Position numbers and translations under genes: made by a program
Shown here: positions 61,944 through 64,000 of the stretch, piece after piece
Layout: each line of letters opens with the position of its first letter
How positions within the stretch are numbered: position 1 is the first letter of the stretch
Source: Stylophora pistillata
Taxonomy: Eukaryota
NCBI RefSeq assembly: GCF_002571385.2
Contig: NW_019217998.1
Location: 328,765 to 392,764, forward strand
Length of the DNA: 64,000 nt
Direction: 5' to 3'
The notes under the pieces: model-generated
The model's database searches: none
Told to the model about the DNA's origin: nothing
The model's input: only the letters and a program-made list of their open reading frames with translations

Positions 61944-64000
61944 GACTGCCAAGATTCGCGCCTTTAAGCGGCGTAAACCTTCTCAAAGTAAAATCACTTT
62001 CGTCGCTAGCACCCTCGCGTCCGGTAGCTTTTAATCAAAGTTCTTAAAGGTCTGAATTTTGATTTGCAGTTTCTTTTATAAACACTAGAAAGCAACGTCA
62101 CAAACCACGAGAAAGGGTTAATTATGGTCTTTTGTTAAGTAAATAAAGCGAGTCGCGGTTCAATAGAACGTAGCAGGTTTCAAGCTAAGTAAGAACAGCT
62201 CGAGGCGACATAACAAAAATTCTTTTTTCAAACATATTCAAGGAGCTGAATGAAATTTATCTAAGTGAGAACGTCAAACATAAAGGCGCCTTGCACGATT
62301 TTGAAAGTTTTACGATGCACCCAGTCTCTTGAAAAAACTTTTAATATCTTAGGATGCGGCCAAGATCAACCAATTTAATTAAATCAAAATTTATCCCCGG
62401 GGGGAGAATGTGGTCGCGCGCATTGTGTATAACTTACTGACGTCACTTACGACCAGTATGTATCATACCAACATTTAGACTGAAGCTAAGAATTTCGAAA
62501 CAGCCCAGCCGGTTTTGATTTATCGGTAAAGTAACAAGACATGAGGGTTTTACTGACAAAATTTGAAATTTTCTTTAAGTTTGCATCCTCATAATTTTCC
62601 TAAAACAAGACTTGACTTTAGAGTTAGAAGGCAAATACTGCATCAAGGCACTGGACTAAGAATTTTTGCGCTTTTGAATGCCGAAGGCTGTCACGTTTAT
62701 ATTTTAAAATCTTACGATTAAGTTGGTGTTTCATTGGTTCACTGATATTCTTTGTTAAAGAAACCACAGAACAGTTGTAAGAAAAGCAGCATGACATACA
62801 GAAAAAATGTGCGCGTGACTTGATTTTCATGAGTTCCGATCCTCTGGATCCCTGCAGTCCTCCTGTGTTTATCACTTGTGGTTTTTCCACAAAAGAACGA
62901 TATATCAACATTTCTATTGCTCTCAGTGAACTCCCTCCCGTAATTCTTCGGTAATATGAATTTAAACTAATTCTCTCTGAGTAACGTGGAATGTAAGCTT
63001 TCATTAAATCTGCCACAAAGCATACATTGTCCATAATAAGCCTCAAGACACCTTTCTAAATCCATCGACACCAGCCAGCTGTAATCCCCTTGTTTTCTTT
63101 TGTATTTTCTTCTCATAACAAATATATTTTGATCAGGTCAAAGCCTTTTGTTAGCCCCAAACAGTTCGCATCTATCACTACAATTTTTTCTGTAAGCTTG
63201 GCTTGTTCAAGTGTATTTTGATGGGGTTCAGGAAAATAAGATCGAATAGATGCACCCAATCGATTAATTGATTCCCAATAATTAGCTTCGCAGGATTCAT
63301 CTAACTAGGTTGGATCACTTTTTCAAAACAAAATTTTTATCATTTCAATTCAACCGCTTTAACTGTGTGCTTTTCAAAAGAAATCATGTTGGACAGGTCG
63401 GCTAAGGAGAGAGGGAGGACTCATCCCTAAGCTTATAACATGACACCGTCACTGCTAACCAATGTGCATGCTCTTTGTCATGTCTAGGTTTCCGTTCACT
63501 GAGCCTAAAGAGCTTCCAACTGTTCGAACAACTCAAGCCGTCCTTGAAGTAAATTTTCTGTTCACTGGTTTTCGGATAGGATGTGGACCCTGAAGATTGT
63601 CGCGAGAAGATTGTTTCCCCCATTTGCATGCGTGCCCCAGTCAGCTTCCTGTCACTGTAAATCGTGCCGATTGCCTAACTTTATGCCCCAATTACTCTTC
63701 AAGTCACGTTTTGCGCGTGGCTTTGAATAAAAAGAAATCGATTAGTTATGCAAATTGTTTTTCTGGAATTTTAATCGGTTAAGCTCGATAATGTGGCGAT
63801 AAGCACCGTTGACAATGATTGTTTGGATTTGGAGCATTATGTTGAAAGCTGAAATCAAAGTGTGCCTTTAATTCTATACCTTCATTAATCGTACTTTTTT
63901 TTGAGAAGCAGAGACGCGTAAGGTCAAAGAAAGTCGCTAGACTCGAAAACAGGATGAAGAATACGGTATTAGACGAGGTGCTCAAGATTTACAGACCGAG

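Noticed and set aside
62624-63985. ORFs at the right end of the window
   Set aside because: Short, no recognisable domains or coherent splice pattern.

Overview
AT-rich, intron-containing eukaryotic DNA. The repeat families (CMITE-like MITE, Penelope/GIY-YIG remnants with minimal hammerheads, Tx1-like L1) suggest an anthozoan, probably a stony coral. About 43 kb (61943 to 18794, minus strand) is one giant gene of ~39 GT-AG exons, phase-compatible at every junction I checked (~6,400 aa). Its architecture is: signal peptide, a fibrocystin-L (PKHD1L1)-type ectodomain (IPT/TIG, PA14, cupredoxin-like, 2x G8 + beta-helix), a furin-type site, four ~115-aa Ig-like repeats, seven cadherin repeats, Ig/BIG-like domains, a cohesin-like domain directly followed by a type-I dockerin, an SEA-like module, one TM helix, and a cytoplasmic tail. 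The tail can splice in frame to a ubiquitin-like domain and a MYND-type zinc finger, interrupted by one in-frame TAA. The rest of the window holds the 3' end of a CDC14-like phosphatase, a 254-aa orphan ORF, a candidate X-box-driven two-exon microgene, several MITEs/hairpin elements and an assembly gap that probably hides exon(s). All domain calls are by eye from motifs; no searches were run.
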